Below, piece after piece: positions 18,249 to 26,424 of a stretch of DNA of 64,000 nucleotides (the first letter of the stretch is position 1; each line of letters begins with the position of its first letter). Origin of the DNA: a virus. The notes beneath the pieces are model-generated. The model was not told the DNA's origin and made no database searches. It saw only the letters and a list, made by a program, of their open reading frames with translations. The stretch covers positions 23,893 to 87,892 of the IMG/VR virus record IMGVR_UViG_3300045303_000221, one strand, 5' to 3'. Both the position numbers and the translations under genes were made by a program.

Positions 18249-19844
18249 ATGGGATGGGAGGACTCCGAGGCGCGGCGGTGTGCCGTGGAGCGCCTTCTCG
18301 CGGAGGCGGACTTCAACCCGGGCCTGCACCCGCACGACCGGCGCGGCCGGTTCATGCGCACCTGGCACCGCCCGAAGATGCCCGACTACGCGCAGGGCGG
18401 GCACCCGTTCGCGTCGCGCTACAAGCCGCACATCGACGTGCTGCGCGCGCTGGACGACGCGACGATCAAGCAGCTTGCGACGGAGCACAACGCGGCGTAC
18501 CCCGAGGCGGCGGCGGAGATCGCGCAGGGCCACGGGATCGTGAAGGTGTCGATCAAGCCGGACAAGTACGGCAAGACGGCGGAGGTCGTGTTCGCGCCGC
18601 AGGTTGTGCTGGCGGACGGCGGCACGGCGTCGGCGGCCGAGCCGATGATCTTCCCGATCGCGCACGGCGGCGTGAACCGTCCGTTCCTGAAGCAGGTGAA
18701 GGGCCACTTCCGAGGGATGCAGGTGCCGGTGCACGTGGAGTCGGTGACCGGCTACTCGCGCGACACCGAGGTGATCCCTCCGACGATCCGCTCGCAGAGC
18801 CTGAGCCGTCAGGTCGCCACCGGGCAGGCCGACTCGCCGCAGCCGGTGATCCCGGGCCTCGACCCGCAGTCGCGCGCGGACGCGGTGCTGAAGCGCCTGG
18901 AGCCGCTGCGGACGATGCGGACGTACGGCGAGGGCTACGACCGGACGGTGGCGACGCACGCGAACGACGCGCAGCGGATGGCGCTGGCCGGGCGGGTGGA
19001 CGAGGCGGAGCACTGGGCGACGCACGCCGAGAAGGCGGCGGCGCACGTGCGGGAGCGAGCGGCGGAGCGTGCAGCGCGAGGCACGGAGGCGTGGTCGAGC
19101 ACGGCCTGGCAGCGCCAGCCGAGGATACGGGAGGGCGTCATGGAACTGGACCGGGACGAGGCGGTGGCCTACTACGGCCGCGCGATGGAGCGGCTGGCCG
19201 AGCACGGCTGGCGGCCTCAGCAGGCGCACACGATCGCGCTGGAGGCGGGACGCACGCGGTACGGCAGCGAGTTCAGCACGCTCGTCCTGAGCGAGGGCCT
19301 GTTCACGCGGCTCGGGCACGCCGTCGGCGGCGGCGCTACGCACTACGACAAGTCGAAGCACCCGCACGGCCGGGGCGGCAGGTTCGCGGAGACGCCGGAC
19401 GCGCCGAAGCCGGTGCGCCACGAGGCCCCGGAGCCGGAGGCGGCGCTGCCGTCCGAGCACGGCCTGGCGAACATGACGCCGAGGGCGAAGTCGCTGGTGA
19501 ACGCGGTCGCGCTCCACTACAAGGCGTTCGGCGGCTCCGACTCGGAGATGCGGTTCCGGTTTCAGTCCGGCAACCTGCATCCGCAGGATCTGCGGCGGAT
19601 GCGGGAGCAGGCGATGCGCGCTCGCGATGAGCGCAGCAAGTCGGGCGACGCGGCGGGTGAGAAGGCGGCGCGCGACACGCTCAGCGCGATCAGAGTGGTG
19701 GAGCGCGAGCTTGGTCTGAGCGCCCAGACAGCGCAGCAGGAGAAGCCTGTCTCGTCCGAGGAACTGCTACGGCGGGTGCGCAACCGGCCGGTGGAGCGGT
19801 CGATCGTTGACCCGTACGGGCACTACTCGTATCAGACGGGCTAG
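18249..19844 (+). CDS. putative head cargo protein with two HPR tags
   Basis: LAEADFNPGLHPHDRRGRF and YDKSKHPHGRGGRF; leaderless TAGCAT-N7-ATG. Confidence 0.75.
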   Translation: MGWEDSEARRCAVERLLAEADFNPGLHPHDRRGRFMRTWHRPKMPDYAQGGHPFASRYKPHIDVLRALDDATIKQLATEHNAAYPEAAAEIAQGHGIVKVSIKPDKYGKTAEVVFAPQVVLADGGTASAAEPMIFPIAHGGVNRPFLKQVKGHFRGMQVPVHVESVTGYSRDTEVIPPTIRSQSLSRQVATGQADSPQPVIPGLDPQSRADAVLKRLEPLRTMRTYGEGYDRTVATHANDAQRMALAGRVDEAEHWATHAEKAAAHVRERAAERAARGTEAWSSTAWQRQPRIREGVMELDRDEAVAYYGRAMERLAEHGWRPQQAHTIALEAGRTRYGSEFSTLVLSEGLFTRLGHAVGGGATHYDKSKHPHGRGGRFAETPDAPKPVRHEAPEPEAALPSEHGLANMTPRAKSLVNAVALHYKAFGGSDSEMRFRFQSGNLHPQDLRRMREQAMRARDERSKSGDAAGEKAARDTLSAIRVVERELGLSAQTAQQEKPVSSEELLRRVRNRPVERSIVDPYGHYSYQTG

Positions 19845-19848
19845 ACGC

Positions 19849-19906
19849 TAAGCACGCATCGTGCGCTATACTCCATGTGCGGGGCGAGTGCGCCGCAGAG
19901 AGGAGG
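19849..19906 (+). promoter_or_regulatory. conserved promoter + hairpin + RBS
   Basis: AGCACGCATCGTGCGC-TATACT...TGCGG..CCGCA-GAGAGGAGG. Confidence 0.8.
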
Positions 19907-19914
19907 AGCGAATC

Positions 19915-20484
19915 GTGTCTATTTTCGAGCAGCCGATCAACGTCGATACCCGAGTCGGGCGGATGCTGGACGCGCTTGCTGTGTCTGACAACCGGCGCGG
20001 GATGGTGCTCGTCACCGTCACCGTGAAGGCTGCGGACGGAGGGCGGCGCTACCACGAGGCGTTCGCGATCAAGCAGTGGGCTGGCCGGGACGGGACCCGC
20101 AACCTGAGCGTGAGCATCCACAACTCGGGCGACTGGGCGTCGGGGATCAAGCCGATCACCGTCATGCACCTGAACCTGCTCACCCGCGAGATGTTCCCGG
20201 GGCGGGACGAGCGCGGCGCTGCGCCGCTGATCCGGTACGCCGCGAACGCCGCGCTGCGGTTCGCGTGGACGGGGACGCTGCCGACTCCGGCGAACGGTTC
20301 GGTGGAGGCGGTCGAGGCGGCGAAGTGCGGCCGGTGCGGGGCGACCCTGGTCGATCCCGAGTCGATCGCGCGGGGCCTCGGGCCGGAGTGCGCGTCGAAG
20401 CCGACAGGCTCGCGGACGATCCGCTCCCGCGAGCGGCAGATGCAACTGGCCGAGCCGGAGCCGGACCTGGCTCCGACCGGCTGA
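19915..20484 (+). CDS. DUF6011-like Zn-finger protein
   Basis: CGRCGATLVDPESIARGLGPEC. Confidence 0.8.
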   Translation: MSIFEQPINVDTRVGRMLDALAVSDNRRGMVLVTVTVKAADGGRRYHEAFAIKQWAGRDGTRNLSVSIHNSGDWASGIKPITVMHLNLLTREMFPGRDERGAAPLIRYAANAALRFAWTGTLPTPANGSVEAVEAAKCGRCGATLVDPESIARGLGPECASKPTGSRTIRSRERQMQLAEPEPDLAPTG

Positions 20485-20489
20485 CTGAG

Positions 20490-20524
20490 AGAGGGGAGTG
20501 CCCTAGTCAGGGTGCTCCCCTTTC
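20490..20524 (+). terminator. intrinsic terminator
   Basis: AGGGGAGTGCCCT/AGGGTGCTCCCCT followed by TT. Confidence 0.65.
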
Positions 20525-20592
20525 GCTATCGTTCTCTGCCCGGCCGGACGGCTGGGAGTGCCACCGGGCGGACGCCCGGAGGGAGGACGACG

Positions 20593-21075
20593 ATGATCAC
20601 CCGCATCCGCGTAGAGGCCGAGGGCGAGTCCCTGGAGGTAGTGGAGCGCGACCTGCGAGCCGTTCACGCTCGGCTCGTGGCGCACCTACCGGAGCCGCAC
20701 GTCACGCACACGCGCGAGCACGTCTACGAGGAGGTCGATCACGCCGACGCGCCGATCAGCGCCCGGTGGTTCAAGGGCCGGTACGTGTTCGCGTTCCCGG
20801 TGGATACGGAGCACTCGGTGGACGCCGCTCGGCTGAACGGCGAGGCAGCGCCGCCGAGGGAGGGCTTCGTGCCCGGCTACCGGGAAGTGATCGCTGAGCC
20901 GGGGACGCCGGTGACGGCAGCCGGACTCATCGCGGAGTCACAGCGCGCGGACGCGATGGCCGACCGGATGGAGCAGGTCGCAGAGCGGATCGCCGAGAAG
21001 TCACCGGATCAGCGTGTGTCAGACCAGCTTGCCGCGATGGGCGGCGACGACGATGGAGCGCATGACGTGCGCTAG
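20593..21075 (+). CDS. hypothetical protein
   Basis: GGAGGA RBS, ATG. Confidence 0.65.
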   Translation: MITRIRVEAEGESLEVVERDLRAVHARLVAHLPEPHVTHTREHVYEEVDHADAPISARWFKGRYVFAFPVDTEHSVDAARLNGEAAPPREGFVPGYREVIAEPGTPVTAAGLIAESQRADAMADRMEQVAERIAEKSPDQRVSDQLAAMGGDDDGAHDVR

Positions 21076-21078
21076 ACT
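21056..21078 (+). promoter_or_regulatory. conserved promoter copy
   Basis: GAGCGCATGACGTGCGC-TAGACT. Confidence 0.6.
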
Positions 21079-21124
21079 GTGCGCAACGGCCCGCGACCGA
21101 CGGGCCTGACGGCAGGAGCAGGAG

Positions 21125-21478
21125 ATGCTTGACACAGTGATGGACGGTCTGCGCTCCGCTGCGGCGGAGAAGCAGAGCGAGATCGAGGCGATGGAGGCTC
21201 GACTGGCCGATGCCCGGAGCGAGCTTCGGCGCGTGCACAGGGCCATCGCCGCGCTCGATCCGACGGTCGGACACGCACGCCGGGAGACGCCGGTGTTCGC
21301 GAACGAGGTGCGTCGGCTGCTCGCGGACGGGCCGATGACGAAGGCTGAGATCAGCCGCAAGATCGGCGGGCACCGGACGCGCGCCACGTACGCGCTGCGG
21401 ACGCTGATCGCGGCCGGGGAGGTCACGGCCACCGGCGAGCAGCGGTCGCGGTCCGACGAGTACGCGCTGACGGGCTAG
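21125..21478 (+). CDS. coiled-coil + winged-helix protein
   Basis: GPMTKAEISRKIGG....TYALRTLIAAGEV. Confidence 0.65.
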   Translation: MLDTVMDGLRSAAAEKQSEIEAMEARLADARSELRRVHRAIAALDPTVGHARRETPVFANEVRRLLADGPMTKAEISRKIGGHRTRATYALRTLIAAGEVTATGEQRSRSDEYALTG

Positions 21479-21481
21479 CCG

Positions 21482-21745
21482 ATGCCCATGTACCGGAAGA
21501 AGCCGGTCGTCATCGAGGCGTTCCAGTTCGACTCGGAGACGACCGGCAACGCGATCGTGAAGTGGTCGGCGGGGATGGTGCGCGGCGTGTTCGATGACGA
21601 CGAGGGGCCGTACCTGTCGATCGAGACGCACGAGGGGATCATGCGAGCGACGCTCGGTGACTGGGTGATCAAGGGCATCGCGCACGAGTATTACCCGTGC
21701 AAGGACGACATCTTTCAGGCGACGTACGACCAGGCTGGCGAGTGA
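21482..21745 (+). CDS. conserved phage protein (RKKPVVIEA...GDW family)
   Basis: YRKKPVVIEAFQF...THEG.MRA..GDWVIKG...EYYPCKDDIF.ATY. Confidence 0.8.
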   Translation: MPMYRKKPVVIEAFQFDSETTGNAIVKWSAGMVRGVFDDDEGPYLSIETHEGIMRATLGDWVIKGIAHEYYPCKDDIFQATYDQAGE

Positions 21746-21873
21746 TGACGCCGGAGCAGATCAACGCGCTCACGAACTACTGCCTGTTGTCGGTCGAGAC
21801 GATCAACCCGCGGTTCGCGTGGGGGAGTCCGAGCGGCACGCATGTGCTGACCGTGAACGCGGGCTACGAGTGA

Positions 21874-22200
21874 ATGGAGCGCAGCCTGGGCGGGCCAGTT
21901 TGGCACGCGAGCGCAGTGGGTAGGTCGGTTCAGTCGAGCGAGGCGATGGCGCGGCACATGCTGCGCGGCGTCGGCGACTACCGGGCGGGCGAGTGGGTGA
22001 TGGGCGGCGAGGGCACCGTGGTGCACGTCCAGCGGCGGCTCAAGCCCGAGGAGGCGGAGACGACGGGCGCGATGCGTGACGTGCGCAGGACGCCGGAGGC
22101 GGTGGCCCGGGTGGACGTGCTGGTCGAGGCGCTGCTCGCGATCGGCCATCCGATGGCTGGGATGATCCGCGACATGAGCCGCGGACTGGGGGAGGTGTGA
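21874..22200 (+). CDS. hypothetical protein
   Basis: GGPVWHAS; ORF in operon. Confidence 0.55.
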   Translation: MERSLGGPVWHASAVGRSVQSSEAMARHMLRGVGDYRAGEWVMGGEGTVVHVQRRLKPEEAETTGAMRDVRRTPEAVARVDVLVEALLAIGHPMAGMIRDMSRGLGEV

Positions 22201-22454
22201 TGCCGCCAGCGCTCGTGTCGGTGCAGGTGCGGGTGCCGCCGGAGATGCGCGACCGGTGGGCGGCGAAGGCGGCGGGGCTGGGCGTGACGCTGCCGGAGTT
22301 CGTGCGCTCGTGCGTGGAGCAGACGCTGGCCGGGCCGGTGCCCGCGCCGCGCGGCTCCACGACCGGCGGCACGGGTCACGTGACGGTGGAGTGTCGCTGG
22401 CAGCAGCGGCACAAGAAGGGCGTCCGCTGCGGCTACTGCCACCAGACGCCATGA
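22197..22454 (+). CDS. ribbon-helix-helix protein with C-terminal Zn motif
   Basis: VQVRVPPEMRDRWAAKA..LGVTLPEFVR; C..H..CGYC. Confidence 0.7.
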   Translation: MMPPALVSVQVRVPPEMRDRWAAKAAGLGVTLPEFVRSCVEQTLAGPVPAPRGSTTGGTGHVTVECRWQQRHKKGVRCGYCHQTP

Positions 22455-22642
22455 CGCGCCCGTCGATGCTGAGGTGTCCGCGCGACGAGGTGCACGAGGC
22501 GCACGACTGGCTGTGTCCGTGGCAGACGCCGACGGAGCGGTGGTGCCCGGGCGTCGCGCGCACGGAGACGTTCTACTACCGGGCGAATCGGCCGCGCGCG
22601 ATGGACCTGCGCGATCGACCAAAGAAGATCGACATCCGGTGA
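22451..22642 (+). CDS. small Cys/His protein
   Basis: CP...HEAHDW......WCPG. Confidence 0.5.
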   Translation: MTRPSMLRCPRDEVHEAHDWLCPWQTPTERWCPGVARTETFYYRANRPRAMDLRDRPKKIDIR

Positions 22643-22688
22643 GTTTTGGCTGCCCGTAAGGGATTGCCGCGAGGGCTGCCGGAGGGCT

Positions 22689-22710
22689 ATCTCATAGCAT
22701 GTGCTATACT
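22689..22710 (+). promoter_or_regulatory. degenerate conserved promoter copy
   Basis: CTCATAGCATGTGC-TATACT. Confidence 0.6.
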
Positions 22711-22743
22711 TCGGTTGGGCGACAACCAACTGGAGGCACCGCC

Positions 22744-23040
22744 ATGACCGACGAGAACGCGCCGAACACCTACCAGATCAGCAAGCTGGAGTGGTCTGAT
22801 CTGGGGAGCGGGTGGAAGCAGGCCGTCGTGCGCGTGGAGCGCGGCGAGACGGCCGACAACCCGACCAGCACGAAGCCGTGGAAGCGGCTGCTCGGGCCGA
22901 GCCTCGTGACCTACGAGCAGGCCCCCGACGGCGGCATCCGGGTGCTCGTGCAGGACCTGCCGCCGAAGCCGCGGTTCACGGACGAGGAGAAGGAATCGCT
23001 GCGTCGGCAGAACGCCGCGATCGGCGACGCCCTGCTGTAG
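22744..23040 (+). CDS. hypothetical protein
   Basis: GGAGG RBS. Confidence 0.65.
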   Translation: MTDENAPNTYQISKLEWSDLGSGWKQAVVRVERGETADNPTSTKPWKRLLGPSLVTYEQAPDGGIRVLVQDLPPKPRFTDEEKESLRRQNAAIGDALL

Positions 23041-23044
23041 CAGG

Positions 23045-23129
23045 CTAGCGCACAACGTGTGATATGCTCCGGGTGCGGAGTGAGTGCAAGCTCCGCACCC
23101 GGAGGACGACGGGGACCCGTCAGAGAGGA
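23045..23129 (+). promoter_or_regulatory. conserved promoter + hairpins + RBS
   Basis: CTAGCGCACAACGTGTGA-TATGCT; CCGGGTGCGGAG/CTCCGCACCCGG; GACGGG/CCCGTC-AGAGAGG. Confidence 0.8.
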
Positions 23130-23138
23130 TGGAGCGAG

Positions 23139-23393
23139 ATGGCAGAGATCATCGCCACACGAAGGAAGATCGGCGATCGGCGCGTGATGTACCGGCACGA
23201 GGTGTGGGTCGGCGGCCGGACGAACGAGGACGGCACGTTCACTCCCGCTCGGAAGATCGGCCAGCGCGTGTCCACCGGCCAGTACGGCTTCGCGATCCTG
23301 GACAACGTGCGGATGGTCATCGACCGGTACACGAACTCGCCGCCGACGCGCAGGCCGATGGGCAAGACCATCGTCGGGTTCACGGACATCTGA
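23139..23393 (+). CDS. hypothetical protein
   Basis: After conserved leader. Confidence 0.65.
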   Translation: MAEIIATRRKIGDRRVMYRHEVWVGGRTNEDGTFTPARKIGQRVSTGQYGFAILDNVRMVIDRYTNSPPTRRPMGKTIVGFTDI

Positions 23394-23575
23394 TGGGCTA
23401 CGACGAGAACGCGCCGACGCGCGCCGAGGCTGAACTGGACGAGGCCGTGTGGGGCTGGGAGGAGAACGAGGACGGCGAGATGGTCTGGACGCCTCGCCCG
23501 CGCCCGTTCACGCCCGGGCCGCCGCCGCTGGTGCCGTGGAGCGTGTGGCGCGCGGGCAAGCGGGACCCGTTCTGA
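23393..23575 (+). CDS. hypothetical protein
   Basis: TGATG coupling. Confidence 0.55.
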   Translation: MGYDENAPTRAEAELDEAVWGWEENEDGEMVWTPRPRPFTPGPPPLVPWSVWRAGKRDPF

Positions 23576-23787
23576 TGCGCCGCCGCTATCGCGTCTACTG
23601 TCCCGGCCGCGAGCATTGGCGGACTGCCGCGAACGGCACCCGCTACAGGGCGTGGTGCAGCTTCGACTCGCACCGGAAGGCGGAGTCGCCGGAGGCGGCG
23701 GTCGCGAAGCCGTGTCCGCAGTGCGGCGGGTCGGTGCTGATCCACCCTGGCGACCCGGCCTACGTGTCGGGTTGGAGCAAGCAATGA
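23575..23787 (+). CDS. small Zn-ribbon protein
   Basis: TGATG coupling; CPQCGG. Confidence 0.55.
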   Translation: MRRRYRVYCPGREHWRTAANGTRYRAWCSFDSHRKAESPEAAVAKPCPQCGGSVLIHPGDPAYVSGWSKQ

Positions 23788-24017
23788 GCGTAGGCCGCAA
23801 GCCGTTCTCGCCGTGCACGAGGGGCTATCGCCACTGGTTCACGCGGTACAACCAGCCGGGCGAGCGGACGACGTTCTGCCAGCGGTGTGGCGGCGTCAAC
23901 CCGACGTGCATCTGGTGCGACGGGAAGGTGCGGGTGCTCGACTCGGGCCACGTCGAATGCAAGCGCTGCGGGAACATCACCGGCCCCGAGGAGAACCCGA
24001 TGCGGCGGTCGTCGTGA
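23784..24017 (+). CDS. small Cys-rich protein
   Basis: CQRCG, CIWCD, CKRCG. Confidence 0.6.
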   Translation: MSVGRKPFSPCTRGYRHWFTRYNQPGERTTFCQRCGGVNPTCIWCDGKVRVLDSGHVECKRCGNITGPEENPMRRSS

Positions 24018-24622
24018 TCCGTCGATGCACGTATGCCATCTGTGCATCGTTCGTGCTCGCGCTGTTCCCGACCACCGGCACGGCGCACACGAAGGCGGAC
24101 GAGGCGCGCGTGCTGCGGAGCCTGGCGGCGCTGACGACGGCCGCGCCGCTGTCGATGAGCGGCTACTCGCGGGACGAGTTCCCGCACTGGCGCGACCCGG
24201 ATGGCAACGGCTGCAACGCGAGGCAGGACACGCTCCGCCATGACGGCACCCGCGTCGTGGTCGGCGCGGGCTGCCGGATCGTGTCCGGCAGGTGGGTCGA
24301 TCGCTACTCGGGGACGGTGTACCGGGTAGCGAGGTCGCTCGACTGCGATCACCTGGTGCCGCTGGCCGATGCCTGGCGGAGCGGTGCTCGTCGGTGGAGC
24401 GACGAGCGGCGCGAGCGGTACGCGAACGACCCGGTGGTGCTGGTGATGACGAGCGCGCACCTGAACCGGCAGAAGGGCGACAGCGACCCGTCTGAGTGGG
24501 TGCCGCCGCGCCGGGCGTACTGGTTCACGTACGCGAAGCGGTGGGTGCGGATCAAGGCCCGCTACCACCTGGCCGTGACGCGGGCGGAGCGCAAGGCGCT
24601 GCGCGCGATGGTGACCGGATGA
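24014..24622 (+). CDS. secreted HNH nuclease (DUF1524-like)
   Basis: Signal peptide; GYSRDEF..W, CNAR, DHLVPLADAW.SGA..W, ANDP, NRQKGD.DP.EW.PP. Confidence 0.85.
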   Translation: MIRRCTYAICASFVLALFPTTGTAHTKADEARVLRSLAALTTAAPLSMSGYSRDEFPHWRDPDGNGCNARQDTLRHDGTRVVVGAGCRIVSGRWVDRYSGTVYRVARSLDCDHLVPLADAWRSGARRWSDERRERYANDPVVLVMTSAHLNRQKGDSDPSEWVPPRRAYWFTYAKRWVRIKARYHLAVTRAERKALRAMVTG

Positions 24623-24707
24623 CGCACAACGTGAGCACGTCAAGTGAGCGATCCCTGACGCAGACTCAAGGGTGCGGTTTGTCCTAGCGCGCATCGTGTG
24701 TTACCAT
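24621..24707 (+). promoter_or_regulatory. two palindrome copies, the second with a -10
   Basis: GACGCACAACGTGAGC (24621) and CTAGCGCGCATCGTGTGT-TACCAT (24684). Confidence 0.7.
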
Positions 24708-24792
24708 CCGAGGTACAACACAAGCCGGTCGTGAAGGGGCACCACGCTGACAATGAGTCCGCCGACGCCCTGACCGGAGATCGGAGAAACCC

Positions 24793-25713
24793 GTGAGTCC
24801 ACGGGAGAACGCGAAGCCTGAGCTTCGCCAGATCGCCGTTGGCGATCTCACTGTGCTGGCACATATCCAGCGCACCCCTCGTCCGGCCCGCGTCGCGAAG
24901 ATCGCGCGTGAGTGGGACGAGAGCAAGGTCGGCATCCTCAAGGTCGCGAAGATCACGACCGGCCGCAACAAGGGCAAGTACCACGTCGTTGACGGCGGTA
25001 CTCGCTGGAAGGCGGCCGAGCTTGCCTTCGGTGACGACTACCTGTTCTGGTGCGTCGTCACGGGCGGGACGGAGTTTGAGGCAGCGGAGGACTTCCTCGC
25101 GGCCAACAACCTGTCGAAGAAGCCGACCGCGTACGAGAACTACATGGTCGGCCTGCGAGCGGACGTGGACTACTGCAACGCGATGGCGAAGGCGTTCAAG
25201 GCCGTCGGTGTCGATGCGGACGAGTCCAGCACGCGCACGTCAGTCGGCTCCATCGCTGCGTGCCGCCGGATCGTGGACCGCGCCGAGGCCGAGGCCAAGC
25301 GGACGCTGAACGGCGACTACTCGCCCGAGGACAAGCAGGATGCGGCGTGGGAGTACGGCTCCGACCGGCTCCGCGACGTGCTGATCCTCACGCGCGAGAT
25401 GTACCTCGACCGGCCGGACGGCGGCCCTCGGGCGCACGATGCCGACATCATCCAGGCGGTCGCCCGCATCTGGGAGATCAACCCAGGCAAGCTCGGTACG
25501 AACGGCTGCCGCGCCCGGTTCGTGGAGCGGATCGCCGTGGTCCGCGTCGCCGAGTGGCGGCACGACGGGCAGAAGGACACCCGGACGTACGGCGGCTCCG
25601 AGTCGCGTGCGACGGCGATGGCCCGGCTGATGTGCATGGAGCACAACAAGCGCCTCAGCCCCGACTCGCCGTGCTTCCTGAAGGGTCCGGCTGACCCCAA
25701 GCCGCGCTACTAG
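24793..25713 (+). CDS. ParB/Srx-like domain protein (DUF6551-like)
   Basis: IQR....RVAKIAREWD...GILKV...YHVVDGGTRWKAA...EAAEDF. Confidence 0.7.
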   Translation: MSPRENAKPELRQIAVGDLTVLAHIQRTPRPARVAKIAREWDESKVGILKVAKITTGRNKGKYHVVDGGTRWKAAELAFGDDYLFWCVVTGGTEFEAAEDFLAANNLSKKPTAYENYMVGLRADVDYCNAMAKAFKAVGVDADESSTRTSVGSIAACRRIVDRAEAEAKRTLNGDYSPEDKQDAAWEYGSDRLRDVLILTREMYLDRPDGGPRAHDADIIQAVARIWEINPGKLGTNGCRARFVERIAVVRVAEWRHDGQKDTRTYGGSESRATAMARLMCMEHNKRLSPDSPCFLKGPADPKPRY

Positions 25714-25732
25714 CTCGACCTGATCGACCACG

Positions 25733-25770
25733 GGGGGGCGGCACCGGCGAGACGGGTGTCGCCCCCCTTC
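25733..25770 (+). terminator. intrinsic terminator
   Basis: GGGGGGCGGCACC/GGTGTCGCCCCCC-TTC. Confidence 0.6.
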
Positions 25771-25914
25771 TGCGTGGGGCTGCTGGCGCGGACCCGCGGC
25801 TCTGCGTATCCTGACCGTCGTGAGGCGGCTGACGCAACGGTGGGAAGCGGCGATGTTCTGGACGATCGTGCTCGCGGTCGCCGCCGTCTACGCACGCATC
25901 TTCTGGGGGGCCTG

Positions 25915-26178
25915 ATGCCGGACACGAGGGTGCGCCAGCGCGTCGGACTGCCGCGCGTGTTCGATCCGTGCGTGACCTGTCCGGGCGGTGCGCCGATCGG
26001 CGAGGCCCCGGGCGGGAGCGGCTGCGAGTGCCGGATCGAGCGGTCGGCGATCCTCGCGTCGATCGATCCGTCGTCTCTCGTGAAGTTCTGTCTGAGCGCG
26101 GACGGCTACCAGACGTGTCCGACCTGGCAGGCTGAGAAGCAGCGCGTGTGGGCACGCCGCGCACTGCTCCCCGACTGA
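25915..26178 (+). CDS. small Cys-rich protein
   Basis: Six Cys; FCLS..GYQTCPTW. Confidence 0.55.
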   Translation: MPDTRVRQRVGLPRVFDPCVTCPGGAPIGEAPGGSGCECRIERSAILASIDPSSLVKFCLSADGYQTCPTWQAEKQRVWARRALLPD

Positions 26179-26199
26179 CAGCGGACTATGCTGTGTCGC

Positions 26200-26424
26200 G
26201 TGGCGGACACGCCGATCAAGGTGCGCGAGCCTCGGCTCGGAAGGCGGTCGCCACGGATCGGCGACTTCTACACGAACGGCCGGGAGTTGTACGAGGTGCT
26301 GATCGTGGCGGACGGCCGGGCGGCGATGGAGAACTGCCGGACGGAGTTCACCACCGAGTACGACCTGGAGACGGTGCGCCGGATGCGGCTCGTGCGCGTG
26401 GGAGGTACTGATGGGCTGGCTTGA
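26200..26424 (+). CDS. hypothetical protein, first gene of the portal operon
   Basis: Leaderless TATGCT-N7-GTG. Confidence 0.55.
   Translation: MADTPIKVREPRLGRRSPRIGDFYTNGRELYEVLIVADGRAAMENCRTEFTTEYDLETVRRMRLVRVGGTDGLA

Noticed and set aside
16790-19630. 946-aa + strand ORF
   Set aside because: Off-frame, Arg/Gly/Ala-rich, and overlaps four better-supported genes including hicA
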